Assembly: GCA_905214315.1 (NCBI GenBank) | Contig: CAJMLN010000006.1 | Span: forward strand, 3,210 to 67,209 | Direction: 5' to 3' | DNA from: an uncultured bacterium | GTDB taxonomy: Bacteria; Bacillota; Clostridia; Christensenellales; QALW01 | DNA: 64,000 nt | Shown here: positions 38,966 to 48,599 of the stretch, one piece after another | Position numbering within the stretch: the first letter of the stretch is position 1 | Layout: each line of letters opens with the position of its first letter | Translations under genes and position numbers: made by a program | The notes under the pieces: generated by a model | What the model was told of the DNA's origin: nothing | Databases searched by the model: none | Seen by the model: only the letters and a program-made list of their open reading frames with translations

Positions 38966-41722
38966 ATGGGTTTTTTAGGCATCTTTGGAGATAATACCGC
39001 CCAGCAGCTGAAAAAGATTGAAAAAATCGTCCGGAAGGTGGAGGCGCTGGAGGACTATATGAAGGGCATGGGCGACGATGCCCTGCGCGCGAAGACCGAT
39101 GAATTCCGCGGCCGGCTGCAAAGCGGCAAGGAAACGCTGGACGATCTTCTGCCCGAGGCCTTTGCTGTGGCGCGGGAAGCCGCCTGGCGGGTTTTAGGGC
39201 TGCGGCCGTTCCATGTGCAGCTGATCGGCGCGGTGGTTCTGCATCAGGGGCGGATTGCCGAGATGCGCACCGGTGAGGGAAAAACGCTTACCGCTACACT
39301 GCCGGCCTATCTGAACGCCCTGGCCGGCGAGGGTGTGCATATCGTTACGGTAAATGAGTATCTGGCCGGCTATCAGTCGGAAATGATGAGCAAGCTCTTC
39401 GGCTTTTTGGGCATGACGGTGGGCAATATCTACAACGGCATGAGCCGCGAGGACCGGCAGGCGGCCTATCGGGCCGATATTACCTACGGCACCAACAGCG
39501 AATTCGGCTTTGACTACCTGCGCGACAACATGGCCGTGCGCGGCAGCGACCGCTCCCAGCGCAGGCTGAATTTTGCCATTGTGGACGAGGTGGACAGCAT
39601 CCTGATTGATGAGGCCAGAACGCCGCTGATTATCTCCGGCATGGGCGGCGAGTCCTCGGAGATGTACGGCAAGGCCAACGCCATCGTCAAGGGGTTCCGG
39701 GGGCTTGCCGAGAAGGAAAAGCAGGGCAAGCTGGATTTAGTGGATGAAGAGTATGAGCAGGAGCGCCTGAAATACGATTTTACCATCGACGAAAAGGCGC
39801 GCACGGTATCCCTGACCGAGCCGGGCGTTTCCAAGGTGGAAAAGGCGCTGGGCATCGAGGATCTTTCCGATCCGGCCAATACCGAGCTGGCGCACTTTAT
39901 CAACCAGGCCCTGAAGGCCAATTTCCTGTTCAAGCGCGACCGCGACTATGTGGTCACCGACGACGGGCAGGTTAAGATCGTAGATGAATTTACCGGCCGT
40001 ATTTTAGAGGGCCGGCGGTACAGCGAGGGGCTGCATCAGGCCATCGAGGCCAAGGAAAACGTAAAGGTGGCCCAGGAAAACCAGACGCTTGCCACCATTA
40101 CGTATCAGAATTATTTCAGAATGTATAAAAAGCTCTCGGGTATGACGGGTACCGCCAAAACCGAGGAGGAGGAATTCCAGGGCATCTACGGGCTGGACGT
40201 TGTGTGCGTTCCCACCAACAAGCCCATGATCCGCAAGGATCTCAACGACCGGCTGTACAAGAACGTGCAGGATAAATTCAGCGCCGTGGTTGAGGAAGTG
40301 ATCTCCCGCCATGCCACCGGTCAGCCGGTTTTGGTGGGTACCGTTTCGGTGGAGATCAGCGAAAAAATCAGCGATATGCTGCGCCGCCGCGGCGTTAAGC
40401 ATGAGGTGCTCAACGCCAAGCATCACGCCAAGGAAGCGGAGATTGTGGCCCAGGCGGGCCGGTTGGGCGCAGTGACGATCGCCACCAATATGGCCGGCCG
40501 CGGTACCGATATTCTTTTGGGCGGCAACCCGGACTTTATGGCGCGCCGGGATTTAAAGGGACAGGGCTATGAGGAGGAAAAAATCGACCTTGCCACCGGC
40601 CGCCAGAGCACGGAGGATGAAGAAATTCTCGCTCTGCGGGCCGAGTACAACCGGCTGCTGGCGGACTATAAAAAGCTGACCGACGAAGAGCATATAAAGG
40701 TAGTGGAGGCGGGCGGCCTCTGTATTTTAGGCACCGAGCGCCACGAGAGCCGGCGTATCGACAATCAGCTGCGCGGCCGTTCCGGCCGCCAGGGCGATCC
40801 CGGCGTAAGCTGCTTCTTTATCTCGTTTGAAGACGACCTGATGCGCCTCTTCGGCGGGGATAAGATGCAGATGTTTGCCTCTAAGGCCATGGGCAGCGAA
40901 ACGATGGTGGAGGCGGGCATGCTCTCCAAGGCGATTGAAAACGCCCAGAAGCGTGTGGAGGGACGCAATTTCTCCATACGAAAGAACGTTCTGCAGTATG
41001 ACGACGTTATGAACAAGCAGCGTGAGCTGATCTATTCCCAGCGGCGCCGGGTTCTGGAGGGCGAGGATGTCTCCGAGTCCATTCTGGATATGACCGACAA
41101 GGTCATTGAGCGCACGGTACATCAGTTTACGGCCGACGCGGACAAAAATGAGTGGAATTTAGGCGGCCTTTTGGAGGAGCTTAAGCGCATCTGCCTTGAC
41201 CGGGAGACGGAAAAGACCGCGCTGGAGGGGCTCTCCCGCGACGCTGTGATAGAAAAGCTGCAGGAGCTTTCCCGCGCGCGCTATGAAAAGCGCGCCGGCG
41301 AGCTTGCCGAGGCGGGCCTCAGCATCAAGGACGTGGAGCGCTTCGCGCTTCTGCAGTCGGTAGACCGCCACTGGATGGATCATATCGACGCGATGGATCA
41401 GCTGCGGCAGGGCATTTCCCTGCGCTCCATGGCGCAGAGGGACCCGCTGCAGGAATTCAAGATGGAAAGCTACGATATGTTTGAGGAGATGAACCGCTGT
41501 ATTCAGGAGGACGCGGTGCGGCTTTCGTTTAACGCGATGATCTCCGTGAACGCGCGGCCCAAGGCGCCGAAGATCACCGGCGAGGGCAAGGCCGGAGAGA
41601 ACGCTCCGGCACGGCCGAAGAAGGCCGGGCAGACGGTAAGCGCGCCCAAGGTGGGAAGAAACGATCCCTGCCCCTGCGGCAGCGGCAAAAAGTATAAACA
41701 CTGCTGCGGTGCGGCAAAATGA
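38966..41722 (+). CDS. secA: preprotein translocase ATPase SecA
   Basis: MRTGEGKTLTATLP, DEVDSILIDEARTPLIISG, TNMAGRGTDI, and the C-terminal zinc motif CPCGSGKKYKHCCG. Confidence 0.97.
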   Translation: MGFLGIFGDNTAQQLKKIEKIVRKVEALEDYMKGMGDDALRAKTDEFRGRLQSGKETLDDLLPEAFAVAREAAWRVLGLRPFHVQLIGAVVLHQGRIAEMRTGEGKTLTATLPAYLNALAGEGVHIVTVNEYLAGYQSEMMSKLFGFLGMTVGNIYNGMSREDRQAAYRADITYGTNSEFGFDYLRDNMAVRGSDRSQRRLNFAIVDEVDSILIDEARTPLIISGMGGESSEMYGKANAIVKGFRGLAEKEKQGKLDLVDEEYEQERLKYDFTIDEKARTVSLTEPGVSKVEKALGIEDLSDPANTELAHFINQALKANFLFKRDRDYVVTDDGQVKIVDEFTGRILEGRRYSEGLHQAIEAKENVKVAQENQTLATITYQNYFRMYKKLSGMTGTAKTEEEEFQGIYGLDVVCVPTNKPMIRKDLNDRLYKNVQDKFSAVVEEVISRHATGQPVLVGTVSVEISEKISDMLRRRGVKHEVLNAKHHAKEAEIVAQAGRLGAVTIATNMAGRGTDILLGGNPDFMARRDLKGQGYEEEKIDLATGRQSTEDEEILALRAEYNRLLADYKKLTDEEHIKVVEAGGLCILGTERHESRRIDNQLRGRSGRQGDPGVSCFFISFEDDLMRLFGGDKMQMFASKAMGSETMVEAGMLSKAIENAQKRVEGRNFSIRKNVLQYDDVMNKQRELIYSQRRRVLEGEDVSESILDMTDKVIERTVHQFTADADKNEWNLGGLLEELKRICLDRETEKTALEGLSRDAVIEKLQELSRARYEKRAGELAEAGLSIKDVERFALLQSVDRHWMDHIDAMDQLRQGISLRSMAQRDPLQEFKMESYDMFEEMNRCIQEDAVRLSFNAMISVNARPKAPKITGEGKAGENAPARPKKAGQTVSAPKVGRNDPCPCGSGKKYKHCCGAAK

Positions 41723-41753
41723 TTATATACCCTTATATAAGGGCTTTAAGGAG

Positions 41754-42876
41754 ATGAGAAATTTGATAGAGTTCGATTCATTCAAGCAGCGCGCGGCGCA
41801 GGCGGCCGCCAATATCAAATTGGCAGGTGAATCCCTTTAACCCGGATGGGATGAAGGAGAGGATCTTAGAGCTGAACGAGGAGATGGCCCAGCCGGAATT
41901 CTGGAACGATCCGGAAAAGGCGCAGGCCAAAAACCGCGAGCTTTCGCACCTGGAAAACAAGATAAAGGAGCTGGAGGGCTTTGAACGGCGCCTGGAGGAT
42001 ATCGGGGCGATGATCGAGTTGGGCGCAGAGATGGACGACGCCGATACCGCCGCCGAGGTGGAGCAGGAGCTTTCCTCTCTGGAGGAGGCCGTGGAGCGGC
42101 TGCAGCTGGAGACCATGCTTACCGGCGAGTATGACGCCAACAACGCGATTTTGACCCTGCACGCCGGCGCCGGCGGCACCGAGGCGCAGGACTGGACCGA
42201 TATGCTGTTCCGGATGTACCGCCGGTACTGCGAAAAGAGCGGCTACCAGGTGGAAATTTTGGATTATCTGGCCGGCGACGAGGCCGGGGTAAAGAGCGTG
42301 ACCTTCCGCGCCGTGGGAGAAAACGCCTATGGCTTCTTAAAGGCCGAAAAGGGCGTGCACCGTCTGGTGCGCATTTCGCCCTTTGACGCGAACAGCCGCA
42401 GGCATACGTCTTTTTCCGCACTGGAGGTCATGCCGGAAATTGAGGACGAGGGCGCGATTGTGATTCCGCCGGAGGATATCGAGATTGAAACGCGGCGTTC
42501 CACCGGCGCGGGCGGACAGCACATCAATAAAACCGAATCGGCCATCCGCATTATCCACAAGCCCACCGGCATTGTGGTGCAGTGCCAGCAGGAGCGTTCC
42601 CAGATACAGAACCGCGAAACGGCGATGAATATGCTGCGCTCTAAGCTGATTGAGCTGCGGGAGCGCGAGCGCGAGGAAAAAGAGCTGGAGCTGCGCGGCG
42701 ACATCAAAAAAATCGAATGGGGCAGCCAGATCCGTTCCTATGTGTTCCACCCGTACAATATGGTAAAGGATCACCGCACCAATGCGGAGACCTCGAACAT
42801 TCAGGCGGTAATGGACGGAGAACTGGAACCGTTCATCCGCGCCTATTTAGGCAAAAAGGACAGGGAACAGAGTTGA
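41754..42876 (+). CDS. prfB: peptide chain release factor 2, with programmed +1 frameshift (41754..41837 joined to 41839..42876)
   Basis: ORF0 reads MRNLIEFDSFKQRAAQAAANIKLAGESL and ends at CTT TAA C (41835-41841). The +1 frame continues NPDGMKERILELNEEMAQPEFWNDPEKAQ.., with SPF and GGQHINKTESA motifs. An AGGTGA Shine-Dalgarno-like element lies upstream of the slip site. TTG 41763 may be the true start, because the RBS abuts ATG 41754. Confidence 0.9.
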
Positions 42877-42893
42877 AAACAAAAAGTACGGCA

Positions 42894-44177
42894 ATGCAAA
42901 AGCTCTTCGGCGTTCTGATTGGATTGCTGCTGGTGTACGCCACGTTTTTTTCGGCGTTTTCCTCCATGCTCTACAGTCCGTCGTTCTATCTGAAGCAGGA
43001 TTCCCGCTATCAGATCACCGAAAATGCCGAGCTTAAAAATGCCGACGAATACCGCGGCATTTATACCGCGGTAATCCAGGCACTTAAGCACGGCGCCGAA
43101 ACCGTTCAGGATGCCGTGGTGGTAAAAAAGGGGTATGCCGAGGATTTTTCCGATACTGTACTTTCGGCCGGGAATTTTACGCTTACCAAGGAGTGGCAGC
43201 CGTTTTCGGCGGAGATGACGCTTGGGGAGAACTATTTTGAAACGGTGAACCGCCTGTATGAATACGGCTATGACCAGGCGCGCACGTTCAGCCTTAAGTT
43301 TTTCCATGCCTCCGCTGACGAGGGGACGGGGTTCCTGCTGGATAACCTTGCGCTGGTTCTGTTGGAGGAAACGGAAGAAACGCTTTTGGCGTCTTCGGAT
43401 TTGGAGACGGACGAGCTGACCGGCTGGCGCGTGTTTTCCCGCGGGGACGGTCTTTTGGAGCGAGCCGCCGGCGGCGTGGAAAATTCGGCGGGAGCGGTGC
43501 GGTTTACCCCGTATGCGCAGCAGAGCGCCCTGGCCTTTGCGGCGGGGGATGCGCTCGGCGGGCTTTGCCGGGCCGGGAAAGAAATACGCTGCCGCGTGAC
43601 CTTTTTTGCCCGTCTGCCGGAAGAGGCGGAGGTAGAGAGCGCCGAAGTGACGCTGCAGCTGGCCTCTGCCAAGGAGAGCACGGCGGCGGAGGCGGCCGGG
43701 GAAATCGGCGGCGAGCATCTGCCGATGTTCGGCCCGGAAGAGCTGGCCAGGCTGGAAAAAGGACACCGGCTGCTGCTTATCGGCAATATTCTGCGCTGGT
43801 TATCGCTGGGAATTGCTCTGGCGCTGGTCATTGCTGTTGTTGTAAAGGACCGCCGGCCGGGTCTGCGCGGGCTGGGGCTTGCAGCCCTTGTAACCGTTTT
43901 GCTGCTGTTTTTGCTGCTGGACGTCCTCGTGCTGGTGTGCATGAGCCGGTCCGCTCAGGTGCAGCAGGCGCTTTACGGTGTTCTGGGCAGCGCGCCGATG
44001 GACGGAGCGTTTTTGCCCTTTGTGCTGGGCGCCAATTATGCCAATGATTTTATAAAGGGATTTTTATCGTTTTTCAGCTTTATCATGTGCATTCCCGTAG
44101 CAGTTTCCTTCTTTCTGTTCCGGCTTTCGGTGGTAAGGGATGATTTTACAAACGATGATTATATGTATCAGGAATGA
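42894..44177 (+). CDS. polytopic membrane protein, DUF1461/TIGR01906 (Lit)-like ends with a large insertion
   Basis: N-terminal TM segment plus SPSFYLKQD..Y. Soluble insert of about 250 aa. Then FGPEELARLEKGHRLL followed by 3-4 TM segments. Start ambiguous (ATG 42894, or a TTG about 20 nt upstream). Confidence 0.55.
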   Translation: MQKLFGVLIGLLLVYATFFSAFSSMLYSPSFYLKQDSRYQITENAELKNADEYRGIYTAVIQALKHGAETVQDAVVVKKGYAEDFSDTVLSAGNFTLTKEWQPFSAEMTLGENYFETVNRLYEYGYDQARTFSLKFFHASADEGTGFLLDNLALVLLEETEETLLASSDLETDELTGWRVFSRGDGLLERAAGGVENSAGAVRFTPYAQQSALAFAAGDALGGLCRAGKEIRCRVTFFARLPEEAEVESAEVTLQLASAKESTAAEAAGEIGGEHLPMFGPEELARLEKGHRLLLIGNILRWLSLGIALALVIAVVVKDRRPGLRGLGLAALVTVLLLFLLLDVLVLVCMSRSAQVQQALYGVLGSAPMDGAFLPFVLGANYANDFIKGFLSFFSFIMCIPVAVSFFLFRLSVVRDDFTNDDYMYQE

Positions 44178-45265
44178 CGTATTTTGAAATTGCGCAAAAA
44201 AAAGCGGAAAAGTTAAAAGAGAAAAACAGCGCGCTGATTCTGGCAATCGAATCCTCGTGTGATGAAACCGGCGCGGCTGTGGTCAGGGACGGGCGTACGG
44301 TTTTAAGCAATGTAATCGCTACACAGATCCCCGTGCATAAAAAATACGGCGGCGTGGTGCCGGAGATCGCCTCGCGCAGCCACACCGCGGCGCTCGTTCC
44401 GGCAGCGGAGCAGGCCCTGGAGGACGCGGGGGTGACCTTTGCGGATATCGAGGCCATAGCCGTTACCCAGGGGCCGGGGCTGATCGGCGCGCTGCTGACG
44501 GGGGTCAGCTATGCCAAGGCGCTGGCTTACAGCTTAAAGCTGCCGCTAGTGGGCGTGCATCATATTCACGGACATATCTGTGCCAACTTTCTTGCGCATC
44601 CGCAGCTGAAGCCGCCGTTTATGGCCCTTGCGGTCTCCGGCGGCCACAGCCATATTATCATGGTAAAGGACTACTGCGACTTTTTGCTTTTGGGCGCCAC
44701 GCGGGACGACGCCGCGGGCGAGGCCTTTGATAAGGCCGCGCGGATACTGGGGCTCGGGTATCCCGGCGGCGCCGCCATCGACGCGCTGGCGCAGACCGGA
44801 AATCCCGGGGCCTTCCGCTTTGCCACCAGTTTAGAGAGAGAGGAAACCTATGATTTTTCCTTCAGCGGCATGAAGACCGCGGTTGTGAATTTAGTGCACC
44901 GGCTGGAGCAGAAGGGGCAGGAGATCCCGAAAGCCGATATTGCGGCCAGCTTTCAGGCCGGCGTGGTGCGGATGCTGACGGAAAAAGCCGTAAAGGCCGC
45001 GCAGGCGCAGGGGGTTGACCGGCTGGTGCTGGCGGGGGGCGTGGCGGCCAACAGCCGGCTGCGGCAGGAGCTGGAGCGAATGTGCCGCGCAGGCGGCATT
45101 GCACTGTATGCTCCTTGCGGGGAGCTTTGTACCGATAACGCGGCAATGATCGGCTCGGCCGGTTTTTATACCCTGATGCAGGGCAGGCTTTCCGGTTTGG
45201 ATATGAATGCCTTTGCTACCGGCGGGCTGCGTGAGTTTTATGAGGAGGAAACCCTGAATGTGTGA
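44174..45265 (+). CDS. tsaD: tRNA N6-adenosine threonylcarbamoyltransferase
   Basis: ILAIESSCDETGAAVV, VGVHHIHGHI, AVSGGHSHI, GGVAANSRLR. Confidence 0.93.
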   Translation: MTYFEIAQKKAEKLKEKNSALILAIESSCDETGAAVVRDGRTVLSNVIATQIPVHKKYGGVVPEIASRSHTAALVPAAEQALEDAGVTFADIEAIAVTQGPGLIGALLTGVSYAKALAYSLKLPLVGVHHIHGHICANFLAHPQLKPPFMALAVSGGHSHIIMVKDYCDFLLLGATRDDAAGEAFDKAARILGLGYPGGAAIDALAQTGNPGAFRFATSLEREETYDFSFSGMKTAVVNLVHRLEQKGQEIPKADIAASFQAGVVRMLTEKAVKAAQAQGVDRLVLAGGVAANSRLRQELERMCRAGGIALYAPCGELCTDNAAMIGSAGFYTLMQGRLSGLDMNAFATGGLREFYEEETLNV

Positions 45266-47198
45266 AAAAAAACCGTATTATATATCAACGCCCATCTATT
45301 ATCCCAGCGATAATCTCCATATCGGCCACAGCTACTGCTCGGTGGCGGCCGATACGATTGCGCGCTTTAAGCGTATGCAGGGGTATGATGTTTACTTTTT
45401 AACCGGAACCGACGAGCATGGCCAGAAAATTGAGCGCAAGGCCGCACAGGCGGGTCAGACGCCCAAGGAATATGTGGACGGCATCGTGGCCAACGTAAAA
45501 AAGCTGTGGGAGCTGATGGACGTCTCCTACGACGGCTTTATCCGCACCACCGACGACTATCACGTGGCGGCCGTGCAGAAGATTTTTAAAAGGCTCTATG
45601 ACCAGGGCGACATTTATAAGGCCGAGTATGAGGGCTGGTACTGCACCCCCTGCGAAAGCTTTTGGACCGAGACCCAGCTTGTGGACGGCAAGTGCCCCGA
45701 CTGCGGCCGGCCGGTGGAGCTTACGCGGGAGGAGAGCTATTTCTTCCGCCTGTCCAAATATCAGGACCGCATCATCGAGCATATCCAAACCCATCCGGAT
45801 TTTATTCAGCCGCCCTCCCGGGCCAGGGAAATGCTGAACAATTTTCTTTTGCCGGGCCTGGAGGATCTGTGCGTTTCCCGCACCAGCATCAAATGGGGCA
45901 TTCCCGTCACGTTTGATGAAAAGCACGTGGTGTATGTGTGGATCGACGCGCTGAGCAACTATATTACAAAGTTAGGATATTTAAGCGGGGACGATTCGCT
46001 TTTGAAAAAATACTGGCCGGCGGACGTGCACCTTGTGGGCAAGGAAATCGTGCGCTTTCATACGATTATCTGGCCCGCCATGCTGATGGCGCTGGAGCTT
46101 CCGCTGCCCAAGCAGGTGTTCGGCCACGGCTGGCTGGTGTTCGGCGGGGAAAAGATGAGCAAAAGCCGCGGCAACGTGGTGGACCCGGTCATTCTGTGCG
46201 AAAAATACGGCGTGGACGCGATCCGCTATTTCCTCATGCGGGAGATGCCCTTCGGAATGGACGGCAATTTTACCAACGAAGCGCTTTTTTCCAGAATCAA
46301 CAGCGATTTGGCCAACGATCTGGGCAACCTAATCAGCCGTACCTGCGCGATGATTGAAAAATATTTCGGCGGTGTTCTGCCCGCGCCGGGCGAGGGGGCG
46401 GAGCCGGATGGCGAGCTGATTGCTTTGGCCGAAGCCACGCTGCCGGCGGTGGAGAAAAAGATGGATGAATTCCAGTTCTCCCTGGCGCTGACGGAGATTT
46501 GGAAGCTGATTTCCCGCTGCAATAAATATATTGACGAAACCATGCCCTGGGCGCTGGCCAAGGACGAGGGCAAAAAGGGAAGGCTGGCCACGGTGCTGTA
46601 TAATCTGGCCGAGGCCGCCAGAATTATCAGCGTGCTGATTGCGCCGGTGATGACGAAAACCCCTGCTAAAATACAGGCTGCGCTGGGCGTGCCGGGGGAG
46701 CTTGCCACGCTGGAGAGCATCCGGCATTTCGGCGGCATCCGCCCGGGCAGCGTGGTAAAGAAGATGGAGCTTCTGTTCCCGCGCATTGATATCGAAGCGG
46801 AGCTTGCCGCGCAGGAAGCGGAAAAAGAAATGAAAAAAGAAGAGAAAAAAACGGAGGAGCCGGCTCCGCAGCCGATGATAACGATTGAGGATTTTGCAAA
46901 AGTATCGTTAAAAACAGCGCGGGTTTTGACCTGTGAAAAGCTGGAGGGCTCGGATAAGCTGCTGAAAATGCAGTTGGATGCCGGAGGGGAGAAACGTACG
47001 GTTGTCTCCGGCATTGCCAAGTGGTATACCCCCGAGGAGATGGTGGGCAAAACCGTGGTATTGGTAGCCAATTTAAAGCCGGCTAAGCTGCGCGGCGTTG
47101 TAAGCGAAGGCATGATTTTGTGCAGCGAGGATGAAAACGGCCGCCTCAGCCTGGTAGCGCCGGAGCAGACAATGCCCGCGGGCGCTGTGGTGCGCTGA
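45258..47198 (+). CDS. metG: methionyl-tRNA synthetase with C-terminal tRNA-binding (EMAP-like) domain
   Basis: PIYYPSDNLHIGH (HIGH motif), KMSKSRGN (KMSKS motif), zinc knuckle CTPCE..CPDCG, and C-terminal ..KLLKMQLDAGGEKRTVVSGIA. Confidence 0.96.
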   Translation: MCEKKPYYISTPIYYPSDNLHIGHSYCSVAADTIARFKRMQGYDVYFLTGTDEHGQKIERKAAQAGQTPKEYVDGIVANVKKLWELMDVSYDGFIRTTDDYHVAAVQKIFKRLYDQGDIYKAEYEGWYCTPCESFWTETQLVDGKCPDCGRPVELTREESYFFRLSKYQDRIIEHIQTHPDFIQPPSRAREMLNNFLLPGLEDLCVSRTSIKWGIPVTFDEKHVVYVWIDALSNYITKLGYLSGDDSLLKKYWPADVHLVGKEIVRFHTIIWPAMLMALELPLPKQVFGHGWLVFGGEKMSKSRGNVVDPVILCEKYGVDAIRYFLMREMPFGMDGNFTNEALFSRINSDLANDLGNLISRTCAMIEKYFGGVLPAPGEGAEPDGELIALAEATLPAVEKKMDEFQFSLALTEIWKLISRCNKYIDETMPWALAKDEGKKGRLATVLYNLAEAARIISVLIAPVMTKTPAKIQAALGVPGELATLESIRHFGGIRPGSVVKKMELLFPRIDIEAELAAQEAEKEMKKEEKKTEEPAPQPMITIEDFAKVSLKTARVLTCEKLEGSDKLLKMQLDAGGEKRTVVSGIAKWYTPEEMVGKTVVLVANLKPAKLRGVVSEGMILCSEDENGRLSLVAPEQTMPAGAVVR

Positions 47199-47965
47199 TG
47201 CGTTTGATCGACGTACACTGCCACTACGAGGACGGCCGCTTTGATAGCGACCGCACGGAGGTTCTGGAAAACATCCAAAAAGCCGGCATTGTCGCCGTAG
47301 ACGCCGGCTGCAGCGTAAGCGACAGCCGCCGCGTTTGCGGGTATGCGGAAGAGTTTGCCAACCTCTATTTCTGCGCCGGGATTCATCCGGAAAATGCGGC
47401 GGAATTTTCACAAAGCGCGCTGGAGGAGCTGCAGATGCTGTGGCGGCATGAAAAATGCGTGGGCGCCGGGGAGATTGGGCTGGATTATTACTGGAAGGAA
47501 AATCCCCCCAAAAACGTGCAGCAGGAGGCCTTTTTAGCGCAGGCCGAGGCGGCGAAGGCCGCGGGACTGCCGGTGGTGATCCACTGCCGCGAGGCCGCCG
47601 GCGATATGACGCGGCTGGTGCGCGCGCACGATATCTCCTTTGGCGTGATGCACTGCTTTTCCGAGAGCCGGGAGACGGCAAAAATTTATCTGGACCGGGG
47701 ACTATATTTTTCCTTCGGCGGCACCTCCACCTTTAAAAACGCGGTGCGCGCGGTGGAAAACCTGCGGTATCTGCCCCGCGACCGTGTGCTGCTGGAGACG
47801 GACAGCCCCTATCTGGCGCCGGTGCCCAGGCGGGGAGAGCGGAACGATTCGCGGAATCTTATTTATATTGCCGAGAATTTAGGCCGCCTTTGGGGTGTTT
47901 CGGCCCAAGAAGCCGCGGAGATTACGTTTCAGAATGCCTGCCGCCTGTTCGGGCGTGCGTTTTGA
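47198..47965 (+). CDS. TatD family metal-dependent hydrolase
   Basis: LIDVHCHYED, GEIGLDYYW, PVVIHCREA, LLETDSPYLAP. The ATG shares one nt with the metG stop (TGATG). Confidence 0.9.
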   Translation: MRLIDVHCHYEDGRFDSDRTEVLENIQKAGIVAVDAGCSVSDSRRVCGYAEEFANLYFCAGIHPENAAEFSQSALEELQMLWRHEKCVGAGEIGLDYYWKENPPKNVQQEAFLAQAEAAKAAGLPVVIHCREAAGDMTRLVRAHDISFGVMHCFSESRETAKIYLDRGLYFSFGGTSTFKNAVRAVENLRYLPRDRVLLETDSPYLAPVPRRGERNDSRNLIYIAENLGRLWGVSAQEAAEITFQNACRLFGRAF

Positions 47966-47970
47966 AAAAA

Positions 47971-47999
47971 AGACTATTGATTCAATAGTCTTTTTTTTT
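47971..47999 (+). terminator. intrinsic terminator ending the prfB..tatD gene string
   Basis: agactattg / caatagtct 9-bp stem followed by nine T. Confidence 0.8.
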
Positions 48000-48239
48000 G
48001 CTGCATGTTACGGCTCTTTTTTGCAAAAATAAAAAAGACATAAATTTTTTCTGTACGGCAGCGTCCGGTGCGGTAAAAGTAAAACGGAAAGGCGCCGCGG
48101 AATCGGGGTTTAACGCGGAAGCTCTGTTCTTTATGGAATTTTACAAGGAATAATTCCGAGGCACTATGGTGTATACAGAGTTAGAGAAATCAACTATAAT
48201 GGAACGGAAAGTGCCGATATATGGAAGGTGAAAGCAACC

Positions 48240-48521
48240 ATGGATCCGACGAAAATTAAATGTGAAGATTTAAACGGCGCATATAATGATCTGGCGAATC
48301 TGCTGGGAGTGGAGGCGGTACTCAAGCTGCATGCGTCCTATCGGGGGCAGCAGCTGACGTTTCCGGTACAGTTGTTCAGCAGAGAATATATGATATCACA
48401 AATTTTAAGGGAATATGACGGATCCAACGTAAAAAAGCTGGCTACGCAGTTTGGCTACAGTGAAAAATGGATCCGCAAAATCATAAAGGATCATAAAGAA
48501 AGTATAAAAAGCTCAAAATAA
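48240..48521 (+). CDS. Mor-like small DNA-binding protein (phage Mor transcription activator family pattern)
   Basis: ..AVLKLHASYRGQQLTFPVQLFSREYMISQILREYDGSNVKKLATQFGYSEKWIRKIIK matches the recalled Mor pattern (GG..IYIP ... R...I...F.G.N...LA..Y.LS...I..I). Lies in an AT-rich stretch. GTG 48228 is an alternative start. Confidence 0.5.
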   Translation: MDPTKIKCEDLNGAYNDLANLLGVEAVLKLHASYRGQQLTFPVQLFSREYMISQILREYDGSNVKKLATQFGYSEKWIRKIIKDHKESIKSSK

Positions 48522-48599
48522 GCTTTTTGGGAAAAATTTTTCGCACTGCGGCAAAGCTGCCGCGGCGAAGGAAAACGCCTTGAAGGAGAACATAAAAAC

